From Candidatus Eiseniibacteriota bacterium (lineage in GTDB: Bacteria; Eisenbacteria; RBG-16-71-46; CAVPCR01), in NCBI GenBank assembly GCA_963702435.1, contig CAVPCR010000001.1:448001-512000 (forward strand): a stretch of 64,000 nt of DNA, written 5' to 3'. The notes beneath the pieces are model-generated. The model searched no databases and was not told where the DNA came from. It worked only from the letters and a program-made list of their open reading frames with translations. The position numbers were made by a program, and so were the translations under genes. Positions 23,798 to 33,713 of the stretch are shown here, in pieces. The first letter of the stretch is position 1. Each line of letters begins with the position of its first letter.

Positions 23798-23886
23798 GGG
23801 GTGAAATGGGCCGCTTGAGAGGCCCTTCCCCCGGGCGGCGGGCTCAGCGGCGGCGGGCCGGCACCCCGCCGCCGAACGCCGCTGCA

Positions 23887-26800
23887 TCACTGGAGAAGGA
23901 GAAGCTTCCCGGTCAGCGTCGCGCCGGCGACCTCGAGCTTCATGAAGTAGGCGCCGCTTGCCGCCCTCCCGCCGGCCGCGGTCCGCCCGTCCCAGCGCAC
24001 CGCCTGCTCCCCGGTACCGAAGGGGCCGTCCACGAGCTTGCGCACGAGCCGCCCCTCGACGTCGTAGACCGCGAGCCGCACCGGGCGCGCCGCGCCCCGC
24101 TCCCCGGGGACCAGGAAGCGGATCGTGGTGGACGGGTTGAACGGGTTCGGGAACGCCGGATAGAGGACCGGCGTGGCCGCGACCTCCGGCGCCGGCTCGG
24201 GATCGGCGATCCCGATCGAGGTGAAGTCGGTCGAGAAGCAACCGGTGTTCCGCACGTCGTGGCGGAAGAACGGCCAGGGGATGCGGTCGCCGCGGAACTC
24301 GCCGGTCAGATCCCACACGTAGATGTTGCGGTCGTTCGAGGTCGCCAGGAGCTCGACCAGGTTGTCCTGGTCCACGTCCCAGATCGTGACCGCGCTCCGC
24401 TGCTCGCCGCCGAGGCTGATCGGGAATCCGGCGAGGGTCGTCCCGTCGTGGTTCCATCCGTAGACGAAACCGTTCTCGGCGCCGATCAGGATCTCGAGGC
24501 GCCCGTCCGAGTCGACGTCGGCGATGGTCGGCGTCGATTGCGTCACATCCGCGCTCAGCACGTCCTGGCCGAAGTACACGGCCGACCAGCCGGGCATCAC
24601 GGTCCCGTCCCGCTTCCAGACGTGCATGCGCCCGTCGTTGGCGGCGCAGATCACGTCGAGATTCCCGTCGCCGTCCACGTCGGCCACCACCGGGGAGCCC
24701 GAGTGCCCGGTGTTGGAGTTGACCATGGCCGGGCGCGGCCAGCCGGGATAGTCGCTGCCGTCGCCGCGGAGCACGAAGACCGAGTCGGACTCCGAGCTGA
24801 TGATGACCTCGTGCGGACCGCCGGTCCCGTCGAGATCGGCGAGCGCAGGCGAGGAGGTCACCTGGTTGTGCGTCTCCCGCGGCCAGCCCGGCTTGACGCT
24901 CCCCGTCCGCGAGAGCGCATAGACGAAGCCGCCTGCGCTCTGCGTGCCGAAGACGATCTCCGGGTACTGATCCTGGTCGATGTTGCCGATGGCCGGCGAC
25001 GAGTAGAGGAAGGAGCTCCCCGAGAGGAAGAGGATGCCCTGGGTCGTCGGGTTGCCGTCGCCGTCGGCCACCTCGGTCCCGTCGTGGTGCCAGGCGAAGA
25101 TCTTCCCCTGGAGACCCGAAGCGACGACGATCTCCAGGTCTCCGTCGAGATCCAGGTCCGCCACGGCCGGGGATGCCCAGTTGAAATCGCCGCCGATCGT
25201 CTGCGGCCACCCGGGCTCGAGCGTGCCGTCCACGTTCCACACGTAGACCTTGGCCTCGCGCCAGGCGACCCCGATGATCTCGAGATCGCCGTCGTCGGTC
25301 AGGTCGGCGATGGCGGGGGTGGCATGGAAGCCGAAGTCGCCGTTCTGCCCGTCGGTCGCGAACACGCCCGAGGTGAGCGGGTTCGCATCGCCGTCGCGCA
25401 GCTCGGAGCCGTCGGCGTGCCAGGCGTAGATGGCGTCGGCGCCGGTCACGATCTCGAGATCGCCGTCCCGATCGAGATCGTCCACGGCCACGCCGGCCGC
25501 CGTCTGCTGCGCCATCTCGATCGGCCACCCGCTCGCGAGCGGCGGCGTGGTGGTCGCCGAGATGACCGGCGAGGCCACGCCCTGGTTGAACGAGGCGTCC
25601 CGGGCCACGACGTAGTAGTAGTAGCGCGTGAGCGAGGGCAGGTTCGAGTCCTCGTAGGTGGACGATCCGGCGGCGGTGAACGTGTTGATGCGCACGAACC
25701 CGCTCTGCGGCGTCGTCGAGCGATAGATATCGTAGCCGCGCACATCGCTCGAGTCGGGCTTCGTCCAGTGGAGCCGGATGCTCGACACCCGCCCGTCGCC
25801 CGTGAGTCCCTCCGCCGCATCCGGGGGCACGAGGTCGCAGTGCTCGACGCGCAGCGCGCCGCGCACGTCGCGCCAGGAGAGCTCGAGGAGGAGATTGTTG
25901 ACGACCGCGCCGGCGCCCATGCTGAAGGAGACCGCATCGCCGAGGCTCGTAGCGCCCGGCGACACGTTGCCGAAGCTCGCGTTCTGGTCGGTGACCGTCA
26001 CCTGCGGATCCGGAAGCATCGTCGTCCGGTTGAGCACGCGGAGGATGAGCGCGACGCCGTCGGCGCGCCCGGTGCCGTTGTTGCGGACCGTGACGCGATA
26101 GGAAACGCTCTCGCCCGGCTCGGGCACTCCGTTCCCGTTGCCGCCGGGGCCGGGATCGGTCAGCTGATGCGCGTAGTGCTCGATCTCGAAGCCGCGCACG
26201 GCGATCTCGAAGCGATCGCTCGACGCCCCCTGGTTCGACAGGATCGCGAGCTGGAACACGGGCTCGAAGGCGTCGGGCGCCGCCCGGTTCAGGTCGACGA
26301 CGAAGGGCGCGGTCCCGGTCGACTGCCCGCCCACGGCGAGCGTGCCGTAGCTCACGGTCCCCTGGACGATCGAGGCGTGGGCACCGCCGGAGAGGAGGGT
26401 CAGGATCCCGCTCACGCCGGTCGCGGTCGCGCTGCCGTCGTTCCGGAGCCGCACCGAGACCTCGATCCGCTCGCCGGCGTCGGGCTGGCCGTTCGCATTG
26501 CCCGCGCTCGGCGGCAGGCCGTCGTCGTTGATCGTGACCTGCGTCACGTGCAGGAAGGGACCGCTGGCCGGCACGACGGCGGCCGTCTTCTCGACCGGCT
26601 GGTAGTCGGGATGGGTCACCGTGACGTGGAAGGAGCCGGTGGCCGCCGGCGTCCAGGGCAGCGTCGCCACGCCGTCCGGCTGGGTCACGCCGGTGGCGAA
26701 GGCGTCGCCGGTCTTCCAGAGCGTGGCGCGCGCGCCGCGGAGAGGCACCCCGCCCACGGTCGCCGTCACCGAGTAGCTGCCGGCGCCGAGCGCGACCGCC

Positions 26801-28692
26801 AGCGGGCTCGCCGCCGCGATCGCGTCGGGCGCCCGCCGCCAGATCGGGAGCTCGGGATCTCCGAGGAGGGTGAGCGCGAACTGGATCCAGCGGTAGGCGG
26901 TCTCGGACGACGACCCGCCGATGAAGGGGATCTTCGACCAGCCGACCGCCTCGCCGGCCGCGGTCACGCTGTCGGCGAACACGAGGCGGTAGAACTCGTT
27001 CTGGAAAGGTCGCGACTCGCCGGAGAAGGCGACGCGCGAGCTCCCGATGTAGGCGACGCCGCCGCCGGTCGGGTTCTTCAAGAAGCGCTCGCCGATCGCG
27101 GCGAAGTCGAAGGCCGCGGAGGAGCAGTTGATCGCATAGACGACCGACTGCCGGTCCCCGTTCGTCAGGTTGTCGACGTCCGAGTTGCCGAGCGTGCCGT
27201 CGCCCACCGACATCGTGTTCCGGTAGCCGTGGCCGACGTGGTGCACGATGCCGAAGCCGGCGTTGATCGAGTCGATGACCGCCGAGCGGATCTCGGGGAT
27301 GGAGCCCGGGAAGGCCTGGTAGTTCTCGTACATGCGGACGAGGCGCATGCCGGCCGGCAGGCGCTGGCGGACATCCTCGCAGTACTCCGCGCCATCCGCA
27401 CCCGGAGCGAGCACCTCGCCGAGGAGGAGCGCCGAGCTGGGGTAGCGGCTGCCGAGACCGAGACCTCGCTCGTAGCCCTGGGTCTTCGCGATGAAGGCGG
27501 CGACGGCCGCCGCGTTCGATACGGGAGCGCGCCCGAGGTAGAGCTCGGGGACCAAGTCGGCCGAGTCCCCGCCGGCGGGAAAGCCCGGCGGGATCCCCTC
27601 GCCGAAGAGCTCGTCCCCGTCCGCGTTCCAGTTGCCGTCGAGGCACGAGAAGTAGAGATCGGTGGGGATCAGCTCCGGGGGATTCGCGAGCGCGTGCGCC
27701 GCGTAGCGCGCCGGGATCACGTCCGAGTCGCCGCCGAGGAGCACCCAGAGCGTGCCCCAGTTCTCGTAGGCATCGGTGAGAAAGGCGCGGAGCTTCTCCG
27801 CCCGGTCGACCCCCGGGTAGGAGGTGTCGATCCACTCGATCGTGCGCACGACGGCCTGCACGCCCTTCCTCGTCTTCCAGTCCGCGAACGGCTGGAAAGA
27901 GGACTCGAGGGCCGCCGAGGTCACGATGACGTACTCGACCGGGCTGCCGTCGGCCGTCGGCCGGTAGGTCGGGCTCCAGAACATGGCGCTGCTCTCGGCC
28001 GGGAGCGGCGCCATCCTGGCGCGCGCGGCGCCGCCGCGGAGGTCGACCGTGACGCGATCGAGCGTCGCGTCCACCTTCGCTTCCCAGGGTACGGCCCGCG
28101 GGCGGCGACCGGTCGCCGGGGCGGGCGCGGTGATGAGCTCGATCGTCATCTCGGTTGCGAGCTCCACCTCCCCGGACACCGGATTCGCCCGGAGCGGGAA
28201 GAGCACGACATGCACCAGCCTGTGCCCGCGGAGGAAGCCCTCGCCGGCGGCGAGGACGCCCAGCTCGGGGATCATCCGGTCGGCGCCGTAGATGACGGGA
28301 TCGGCGCTGCGCGGCGCCTCGCCCTCGCGCGCGGGGGCCGGCGCCGGCGCCAGGCGATGGCGACCGAGGGCCGCCGTGCGTTCGCTCACGACGTGCGCCG
28401 ATTCCACGCGGACGTCGTCCTCGACGCGCACCACGAGCCGGATCACCGGCAGATCGGGAGCGCCGGTCCTCATCCAGCGATCGGCCGATCCGGCGAGCGC
28501 GACGATCTCCTCCCCGCCCGGGAGCGCCGTGAAGGTCACATCCCGCGGATCGATGGCCACCGTGATCCGCTTCGCTTCGGGCTCGGCCGCCACGACCCGG
28601 GATGGCTCGGCATCGACCGGGCCGCCCACGAAGGCGGCGCCCAGGGTCAGGGCGGCGATGAGGGACGGGAGACGCAGGGTGAAAAACCGCAT
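23887..28692 (-). CDS. Peptidase C25 with Ig/FN3 domains, FG-GAP/VCBS-like propeller and FlgD-Ig/T9SS-type C-terminal domain
   Basis: Signal peptide; VLLGGD, TDLYFSCLDGNWNADGD, HVGHG, AINC, LLGDPEL; about 7 SPAxADLDxDG...GWP repeats; FPNPFNPSTTIRF...SGAYF...KLLLLQ. Confidence 0.92.
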   Translation of the reverse strand: MRFFTLRLPSLIAALTLGAAFVGGPVDAEPSRVVAAEPEAKRITVAIDPRDVTFTALPGGEEIVALAGSADRWMRTGAPDLPVIRLVVRVEDDVRVESAHVVSERTAALGRHRLAPAPAPAREGEAPRSADPVIYGADRMIPELGVLAAGEGFLRGHRLVHVVLFPLRANPVSGEVELATEMTIELITAPAPATGRRPRAVPWEAKVDATLDRVTVDLRGGAARARMAPLPAESSAMFWSPTYRPTADGSPVEYVIVTSAALESSFQPFADWKTRKGVQAVVRTIEWIDTSYPGVDRAEKLRAFLTDAYENWGTLWVLLGGDSDVIPARYAAHALANPPELIPTDLYFSCLDGNWNADGDELFGEGIPPGFPAGGDSADLVPELYLGRAPVSNAAAVAAFIAKTQGYERGLGLGSRYPSSALLLGEVLAPGADGAEYCEDVRQRLPAGMRLVRMYENYQAFPGSIPEIRSAVIDSINAGFGIVHHVGHGYRNTMSVGDGTLGNSDVDNLTNGDRQSVVYAINCSSAAFDFAAIGERFLKNPTGGGVAYIGSSRVAFSGESRPFQNEFYRLVFADSVTAAGEAVGWSKIPFIGGSSSETAYRWIQFALTLLGDPELPIWRRAPDAIAAASPLAVALGAGSYSVTATVGGVPLRGARATLWKTGDAFATGVTQPDGVATLPWTPAATGSFHVTVTHPDYQPVEKTAAVVPASGPFLHVTQVTINDDGLPPSAGNANGQPDAGERIEVSVRLRNDGSATATGVSGILTLLSGGAHASIVQGTVSYGTLAVGGQSTGTAPFVVDLNRAAPDAFEPVFQLAILSNQGASSDRFEIAVRGFEIEHYAHQLTDPGPGGNGNGVPEPGESVSYRVTVRNNGTGRADGVALILRVLNRTTMLPDPQVTVTDQNASFGNVSPGATSLGDAVSFSMGAGAVVNNLLLELSWRDVRGALRVEHCDLVPPDAAEGLTGDGRVSSIRLHWTKPDSSDVRGYDIYRSTTPQSGFVRINTFTAAGSSTYEDSNLPSLTRYYYYVVARDASFNQGVASPVISATTTPPLASGWPIEMAQQTAAGVAVDDLDRDGDLEIVTGADAIYAWHADGSELRDGDANPLTSGVFATDGQNGDFGFHATPAIADLTDDGDLEIIGVAWREAKVYVWNVDGTLEPGWPQTIGGDFNWASPAVADLDLDGDLEIVVASGLQGKIFAWHHDGTEVADGDGNPTTQGILFLSGSSFLYSSPAIGNIDQDQYPEIVFGTQSAGGFVYALSRTGSVKPGWPRETHNQVTSSPALADLDGTGGPHEVIISSESDSVFVLRGDGSDYPGWPRPAMVNSNTGHSGSPVVADVDGDGNLDVICAANDGRMHVWKRDGTVMPGWSAVYFGQDVLSADVTQSTPTIADVDSDGRLEILIGAENGFVYGWNHDGTTLAGFPISLGGEQRSAVTIWDVDQDNLVELLATSNDRNIYVWDLTGEFRGDRIPWPFFRHDVRNTGCFSTDFTSIGIADPEPAPEVAATPVLYPAFPNPFNPSTTIRFLVPGERGAARPVRLAVYDVEGRLVRKLVDGPFGTGEQAVRWDGRTAAGGRAASGAYFMKLEVAGATLTGKLLLLQ

Positions 28693-28981
28693 GCTCGATC
28701 CTCGGGCCTCATGGGGAGGCCGCTCTTGGATTGCTGGTGATGGGGGTGCTTCGCCGCGCGACCGCTCGTGGGCGGGTCGGCCCGCGCGCGTCTGGCTGTC
28801 GATCACCTCGAGACGAACGACCCGGCCATGCGGCGCAGGTGGCAGCAAGTCCGGCTCGTCTGATACTCGAGATCGTTAGCTTGGTGCGATGCGCGGTTCC
28901 TGAGCCGGCGGAGGTCCGGCGCTTGGAGGTTGGAGGCTGTGCGGCACCCCGGGACCACGGCGTGCGTCGTGATGCGATCTA

Positions 28982-29010
28982 AATGTAATGCAAACGGCCG
29001 CTTAAGTCAA
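28982..29010 (-). promoter_or_regulatory. Sigma70-type promoter TTGACT-N17-TACATT
   Basis: AT-rich patch about 290 nt upstream of the C25 start. Confidence 0.65.
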
Positions 29011-29093
29011 GTCCCGCCGGGCCCCGGAGACCTCCCCGCGACCGGATGGGGACACCTGCGGGCATCAGGTGTCCCCTTTCGAAGCAAGGCATC

Positions 29094-30854
29094 CTAGCCC
29101 TGGCCCGTTCCGAGGCGCTCGAGATGCCGTTCGACCCCGTGCTTGCGCTCGAGATCGGCGAGCAGGGTCTCCAGCCGCTTCTCGGACTCGGTGTTGCCGA
29201 GAGTGCGCTCGACCCTCCACTGCGCCTTGTCGAAGGGCACCGTCCCCTCCGGAGTGTGCTCCATGAGGATGAAGACCGTGTGAGCGCCATCCGACTCGAG
29301 GGCGTGCCCGACCTCCCCCACCTTCATGGTGCGGGCCACCTCGGCCACCTTGGCGACGGTCGGTCCCTCCCGCCGCCCCGAATCGCGCTCGGACTGGACC
29401 ATGTGCCCGGTCTTCGCCACCTCGGCCTCGAGGCTGTCGAACATGGCGGACGCGCGCTGCCGCTCCTGGTCGGTGATCGTGGAATCGAACGCCACCTTGG
29501 CGATCGGCTCCATCGCCTCGACCAGCCATTGCGCGACCGAGGGGTCGTTCACCATGAAGAAGGAGTAGCGCACGATCTCCTCCTGGTGGAACTCCTCGGC
29601 ATGCTGGTCGTAGTAGGCCCGCATCTCGGCGTCCGTGAAGCGGATGTCCTGCGTCAGCTCCCCGTAGAGCCGGTCCACCGCCAGTTCCTCGCGCTTCAGG
29701 GCCACCCTGCGCTTCCAGTCGGGATCCTGGTCGAGACCGCGCTCCCTGGCCTCGACGAGGCGCATCCGCTGGTAGAAGACGTCGCGCACGTCGGCCCGGA
29801 TGCCGAACTGGTTGACGCGGCGATTCAGGCTCTGGCGGTTGCCCGCGGCAATGTGGTCGCGGTAGTCGGCAACGCTGACGCGACCCTCGCTGTACGTGGC
29901 GAGGACGCGCTCCGGCTCGCGCGGCGTCCACATGCCGCGGATCGGCGCCATGCTGCGCACCGAGTCCTCCAGGGCGGCGCGGAAGGCGGCCTCCGCCTCG
30001 ATCGCGGTGGCGGTGATCGCGGCCTCGTCGGGCTGGTAGCCGTGCTCGGTCCGGTACCCGGCGAGAACGGCGTTCCGCCGGTCGCCCTGGCGCGTGGCCA
30101 GGATGTCGGTCCTCGCGCTCTCGCGATCGACGGACTGGTCCGCCGGCAGCGGGCGGAGCGAGTCGACGACCGCGAGATGCCAGCCATACGTGCTCGGGAA
30201 GGGCCCCACCACCTTGCCGATCGTGAGCGGGTAGAGGGCCTGGCGGAACTCGGTGATGAGCTGCCGATCGGTGAGCCACCAGAGGAGCCCGCCGTCGGGA
30301 GCGGTCTGATTGTCGAGGCTCACGTCCTTCGCCACTGCGGCGAACGGCTCGCCGGCATCGAGGCGATGGCGCGCCGAGTCGACCGCGGCACGCGACCAGT
30401 GGATGATGTGGCGCATCCGGATCTCGTCCTTCGCGCGCGCGAGGGCCGCCTCGATCTCCACATCGGTCACCGTGGTGTCGATCTGTCCCTCCCCTTCGCG
30501 CACCTGGTCGCGCAGGAGGGTGGCGCCGTAGGCCTCCGCCGTCGAGTCCACCCTGGCGTCGAAGTAACCCCGCTCCTTCGCCTCGAGAACGAGAAGCTCC
30601 TTCTGGATCAGGGATTCGAGGAGCGCTTTCCTGATCGAGTCGGGGTCGGCGTCGGCGGCAACCGGGAGCCGCTTGAACTGCGCTTCGAACTCGGACCGGG
30701 TGATGGTCCGGCTCGCCCCGATCTTCGCCAGGACTGGGTCCTCCTCGCCATGCGAGGCGGCGATGGCGGCGAGAAGACCGGCGGCCAGGAGCAAGGCGGC
30801 GACGGCGCCGCCCGCGAGCGGTCGCTTCCGGTTCGCCTCTCTGTGCCCATTCAT
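29094..30854 (-). CDS. Exported PpiC/parvulin-type PPIase (SurA/PrsA-like)
   Basis: Signal peptide; RHII...GEPFAAVAKDVSLD...GGLL...GPFPSTYGWHL; second rotamase-like domain. Confidence 0.88.
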   Translation of the reverse strand: MNGHREANRKRPLAGGAVAALLLAAGLLAAIAASHGEEDPVLAKIGASRTITRSEFEAQFKRLPVAADADPDSIRKALLESLIQKELLVLEAKERGYFDARVDSTAEAYGATLLRDQVREGEGQIDTTVTDVEIEAALARAKDEIRMRHIIHWSRAAVDSARHRLDAGEPFAAVAKDVSLDNQTAPDGGLLWWLTDRQLITEFRQALYPLTIGKVVGPFPSTYGWHLAVVDSLRPLPADQSVDRESARTDILATRQGDRRNAVLAGYRTEHGYQPDEAAITATAIEAEAAFRAALEDSVRSMAPIRGMWTPREPERVLATYSEGRVSVADYRDHIAAGNRQSLNRRVNQFGIRADVRDVFYQRMRLVEARERGLDQDPDWKRRVALKREELAVDRLYGELTQDIRFTDAEMRAYYDQHAEEFHQEEIVRYSFFMVNDPSVAQWLVEAMEPIAKVAFDSTITDQERQRASAMFDSLEAEVAKTGHMVQSERDSGRREGPTVAKVAEVARTMKVGEVGHALESDGAHTVFILMEHTPEGTVPFDKAQWRVERTLGNTESEKRLETLLADLERKHGVERHLERLGTGQG

Positions 30855-30855
30855 A

Positions 30856-32622
30856 TCAGTTCGCACCTCCCGTGCTCTGGACATAGGCCGGATCGATCCA
30901 CACCGGATGCCGGGCCTTCAGATCGGCCAGCATCTGCTCGAGGATCTTGTCGGCGCGGATGTTGCGAAGCGACTTCTGCACGGTCGAGCGCACCTCGTCG
31001 AAGGGCGCCTGGTGACCGGGCTCCTCGTCGAGCATGATGAAGACGGTCCAGTAGCCGTCCTCGTCGATGACACGACCCACCGCCCCCGGCTGCATACCCG
31101 TTGCCCGCGCATAGAGGACCGGATGCTCGGCCTCGTTGAACCACTTGCCCTCGGGGATCTGCGTGCGGATCAAGCCGCGCGCCAGGTGGTCCTTGAGCAG
31201 CGAGTCGGGGTTGGCCGCCCTGGTGGACAGGGCCTCTTCCATCGCCGCCGCGGCGGCCGGATCGGCCTGGTACTGGAGGCAGGCGAGCTTGACCTGGGGC
31301 TCGACCACGAACTGGTCCGGGTGCTCCGCGTAGTAGGCCCGCTCGTCGGCCTCCGTGAAGGTGGGCTTCTCGAGCACCTCGATGCGGTAGAAATCGGTGA
31401 CCGCCATCTCCTCGCGCTTGCGCTCGACTTCGCTCCTGACCGCCGGCTCCTGGTCGTAGCCCCTGGCGCTGGCCTCCCTGGCCTGGGCGGCTCGACGGAA
31501 GTCGGCGGCCGCATCGCCGACGATGAAGTGCGGGTTCCGGCGGTCGACGATCGCGAGCCCGGGGAGCTCGCTCACGAACCGCCAGTCCTCGAAGATGAGG
31601 AAACGGCCGAAGTCCCAGGTCGCCACCGGCGCGGCGAGCAGCCGGTCGGGAAGCACGACGCTCCGCTTGGCGATCTCCTCCTGGTCCTCGCGGCTCGCAC
31701 CGGGGTTCTGCTTCACGGCGCCGGCGACCGCGTTCCGGAACTCACCCGCGAGCTCGTTCACGGCCGGCCAGTTCGGCGTGAAGTGATAGCGCGCCTCGAG
31801 CTCGGCGTAGACCGCATTCGTCGCCTCCATCTCGCGGAAGATCTTGTAGCGGTACTCGATGAAGGGCCGCGTCTCCGCCGTGAGCGGCCGGAAGTTGGGA
31901 TTGGGCTTCCGGCCGTGGAACTGGAAGACGTGATAGCCGGATTCGGTCCGGAACGGGCCGCGGACCTCGCCCGGCTGCATGGTGGCGAATTCCTCGAGCA
32001 GGAAGAGGTTGGTCATGCCCCAGGTGAAGGGCTCGATATGGCCGCCCTTGTCCACCGTCTTCACATCGAGCGACATCTCGCGGGCGACGGCGGCGAAATC
32101 CTCCCCCGCCGCGAGCCGCGCCTTGACGCGCTCGCCCTCCTCCGGCGTCGCGACGATGATCTGGCTCAGGTCGAAGAGCTCGGCCTGCCGGGCATGGAAG
32201 GAGTCCACGTCGGCCGGCGTGAACTGGATCTTCGAGCGCACGTCGCGCTCCCGGTAGAGACTGAGGAGCACCGATTGCTCGAAGCCCTTGATCAGGGCGT
32301 CGCGGGTCGAGTCGGAAGCGAAGTAGCCCTTCTCGCCCGCGGCGAGGGCGATGAGCTGGCGGTTCACGAGCGACGTCATGAACTCCTGGCGCGCCTCGAG
32401 GTCGGTCCGCTTCCTGGTCGTGTCGTGCCGGGCGCGGGCGAACTCCGCCTCGAACGTGGCCCGATCGGTCGCCTTGTCGCCGATCCGGAGGACGACATCG
32501 GTCGGGGCGCCGCTCGGGGCCGCTCCGGCGCCGGCGGCGGCCGCGATGGCGGCGGGCGCGGCGGCGAGGAGCAAGGAGAGGCATGCGGACCAGGACAGGA
32601 CGGTGAGTTTTCGCTGGTTCAT
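30856..32622 (-). CDS. Exported PpiC/parvulin-type PPIase (SurA/PrsA-like), paralog of its neighbour
   Basis: Signal peptide; GEDFAAVAREMSLD..DKGG..GPFRTESGYHVF. Confidence 0.88.
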   Translation of the reverse strand: MNQRKLTVLSWSACLSLLLAAAPAAIAAAAGAGAAPSGAPTDVVLRIGDKATDRATFEAEFARARHDTTRKRTDLEARQEFMTSLVNRQLIALAAGEKGYFASDSTRDALIKGFEQSVLLSLYRERDVRSKIQFTPADVDSFHARQAELFDLSQIIVATPEEGERVKARLAAGEDFAAVAREMSLDVKTVDKGGHIEPFTWGMTNLFLLEEFATMQPGEVRGPFRTESGYHVFQFHGRKPNPNFRPLTAETRPFIEYRYKIFREMEATNAVYAELEARYHFTPNWPAVNELAGEFRNAVAGAVKQNPGASREDQEEIAKRSVVLPDRLLAAPVATWDFGRFLIFEDWRFVSELPGLAIVDRRNPHFIVGDAAADFRRAAQAREASARGYDQEPAVRSEVERKREEMAVTDFYRIEVLEKPTFTEADERAYYAEHPDQFVVEPQVKLACLQYQADPAAAAAMEEALSTRAANPDSLLKDHLARGLIRTQIPEGKWFNEAEHPVLYARATGMQPGAVGRVIDEDGYWTVFIMLDEEPGHQAPFDEVRSTVQKSLRNIRADKILEQMLADLKARHPVWIDPAYVQSTGGAN

Positions 32623-32654
32623 CGTGTTCGCAGTGAAGGATGGGTGGGGGCCGG

Positions 32655-33503
32655 TCACCGGGGACTCGAGCTCGCGGCCGGCGGCTTTTCGCCGGCGCAG
32701 GGCCGCATCCCGGGGCCCGAGCCGACGTCGATGCGGCCGCGCGCGGAGGGCGCGATGTCAGCAGTCGTGTTCCAGCAGTTCGCCACCTCCGGCGGGCCGT
32801 AGTCCGGGTTCGTGTGGTTCGCGATGGTGAGCGAGCCGGGACTCGTCGCCGTGATCTCGAGGCGGCCGATCACGACCACCTCTCCACTCCGATAGGGAGC
32901 TCCCTCCGGCACGAAGGACTCCTTCTCCGGATGGGCGATGCAGTTGAAGACGATCATGTAGGGGCGCTGCGCGCTCGCGCGGAGATCGCCCATGGCGAAC
33001 GGGACCTCGAGATCCGGACTCTGGGTGAACCCGCGCACGATCCAGTCCTCGGGCCACTGGAAGGAGAAGGCGACGCCGTTCAGGAGATCGAAGCCGGCGG
33101 CGATCACGAAGATGTCCCAGTCGCCCGGCGGCACGGCCGTCACGAGACTCGCGCAGTCGCGAGCGAGGCGGGCGATCTCGGCCGGCGTGCGCCGCTCCGC
33201 CGCCGGCGCCGCGTGGAGGAGGAGCGTGGCGTGGCGATTCAAATGGAGCGAGTCGATGCGCGCGCTCCGGCGCTCGCGGCGAAGCTTCTCATCGAGCCGG
33301 GCCTGCTCGTCGAGAGTGAGCGTCGTGTCGCGCTCGGCCCGGGGATCGGCGGCCTCCGGCGGGAGGACGTAGCTTCCCACCTTGCCGCCGGTCGCGGCCG
33401 GCAGCGCGGCTCGCGTTGAGTCGCCGGACCCGGCGGACGCCGGGTCCGGCCCCCAGACGAGGAGGAGCAGGACGAGAGACGAGACAGTGGGTGTGATTCG
33501 CAT
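32655..33503 (-). CDS. Secreted protein with a divergent copy of the Cys-rich beta-sandwich domain; no TWG tag
   Basis: Signal peptide; NGVAFSFQWPEDW, IVFNCI and VVIGRL align by eye with NGVQVAFDWPVTW, TAFNCL and GVIGRM of the TWG proteins. Confidence 0.7.
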   Translation of the reverse strand: MRITPTVSSLVLLLLVWGPDPASAGSGDSTRAALPAATGGKVGSYVLPPEAADPRAERDTTLTLDEQARLDEKLRRERRSARIDSLHLNRHATLLLHAAPAAERRTPAEIARLARDCASLVTAVPPGDWDIFVIAAGFDLLNGVAFSFQWPEDWIVRGFTQSPDLEVPFAMGDLRASAQRPYMIVFNCIAHPEKESFVPEGAPYRSGEVVVIGRLEITATSPGSLTIANHTNPDYGPPEVANCWNTTADIAPSARGRIDVGSGPGMRPCAGEKPPAASSSPR

Positions 33504-33625
33504 CGTTCGAGCCGATCAGCGCGGAACGGGAAACGGAGCGGAGGGGATTCTAGCCCGCTGAGGGACGCCTCGGCAAGGCGCTCCGGCAAGGAGCACAGCG
33601 GCTCCGGGCGCCCGGTTCCCGGCAA

Positions 33626-33666
33626 ACGGGAAGGGCGGCTTCCCGGAGGAAGCCGCCCTCTCTCGC
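33626..33666 (-). terminator. Putative terminator after the 33714-34328 gene
   Basis: GGGCGGCTTCC/GGAAGCCGCCC 11-bp stem followed by TTCCCGTTT. Confidence 0.55.
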
Positions 33667-33713
33667 TTGATCCATCTGGCCGAGCCGGGAGTGAACCGCG
33701 GCTCCCGGACAGA

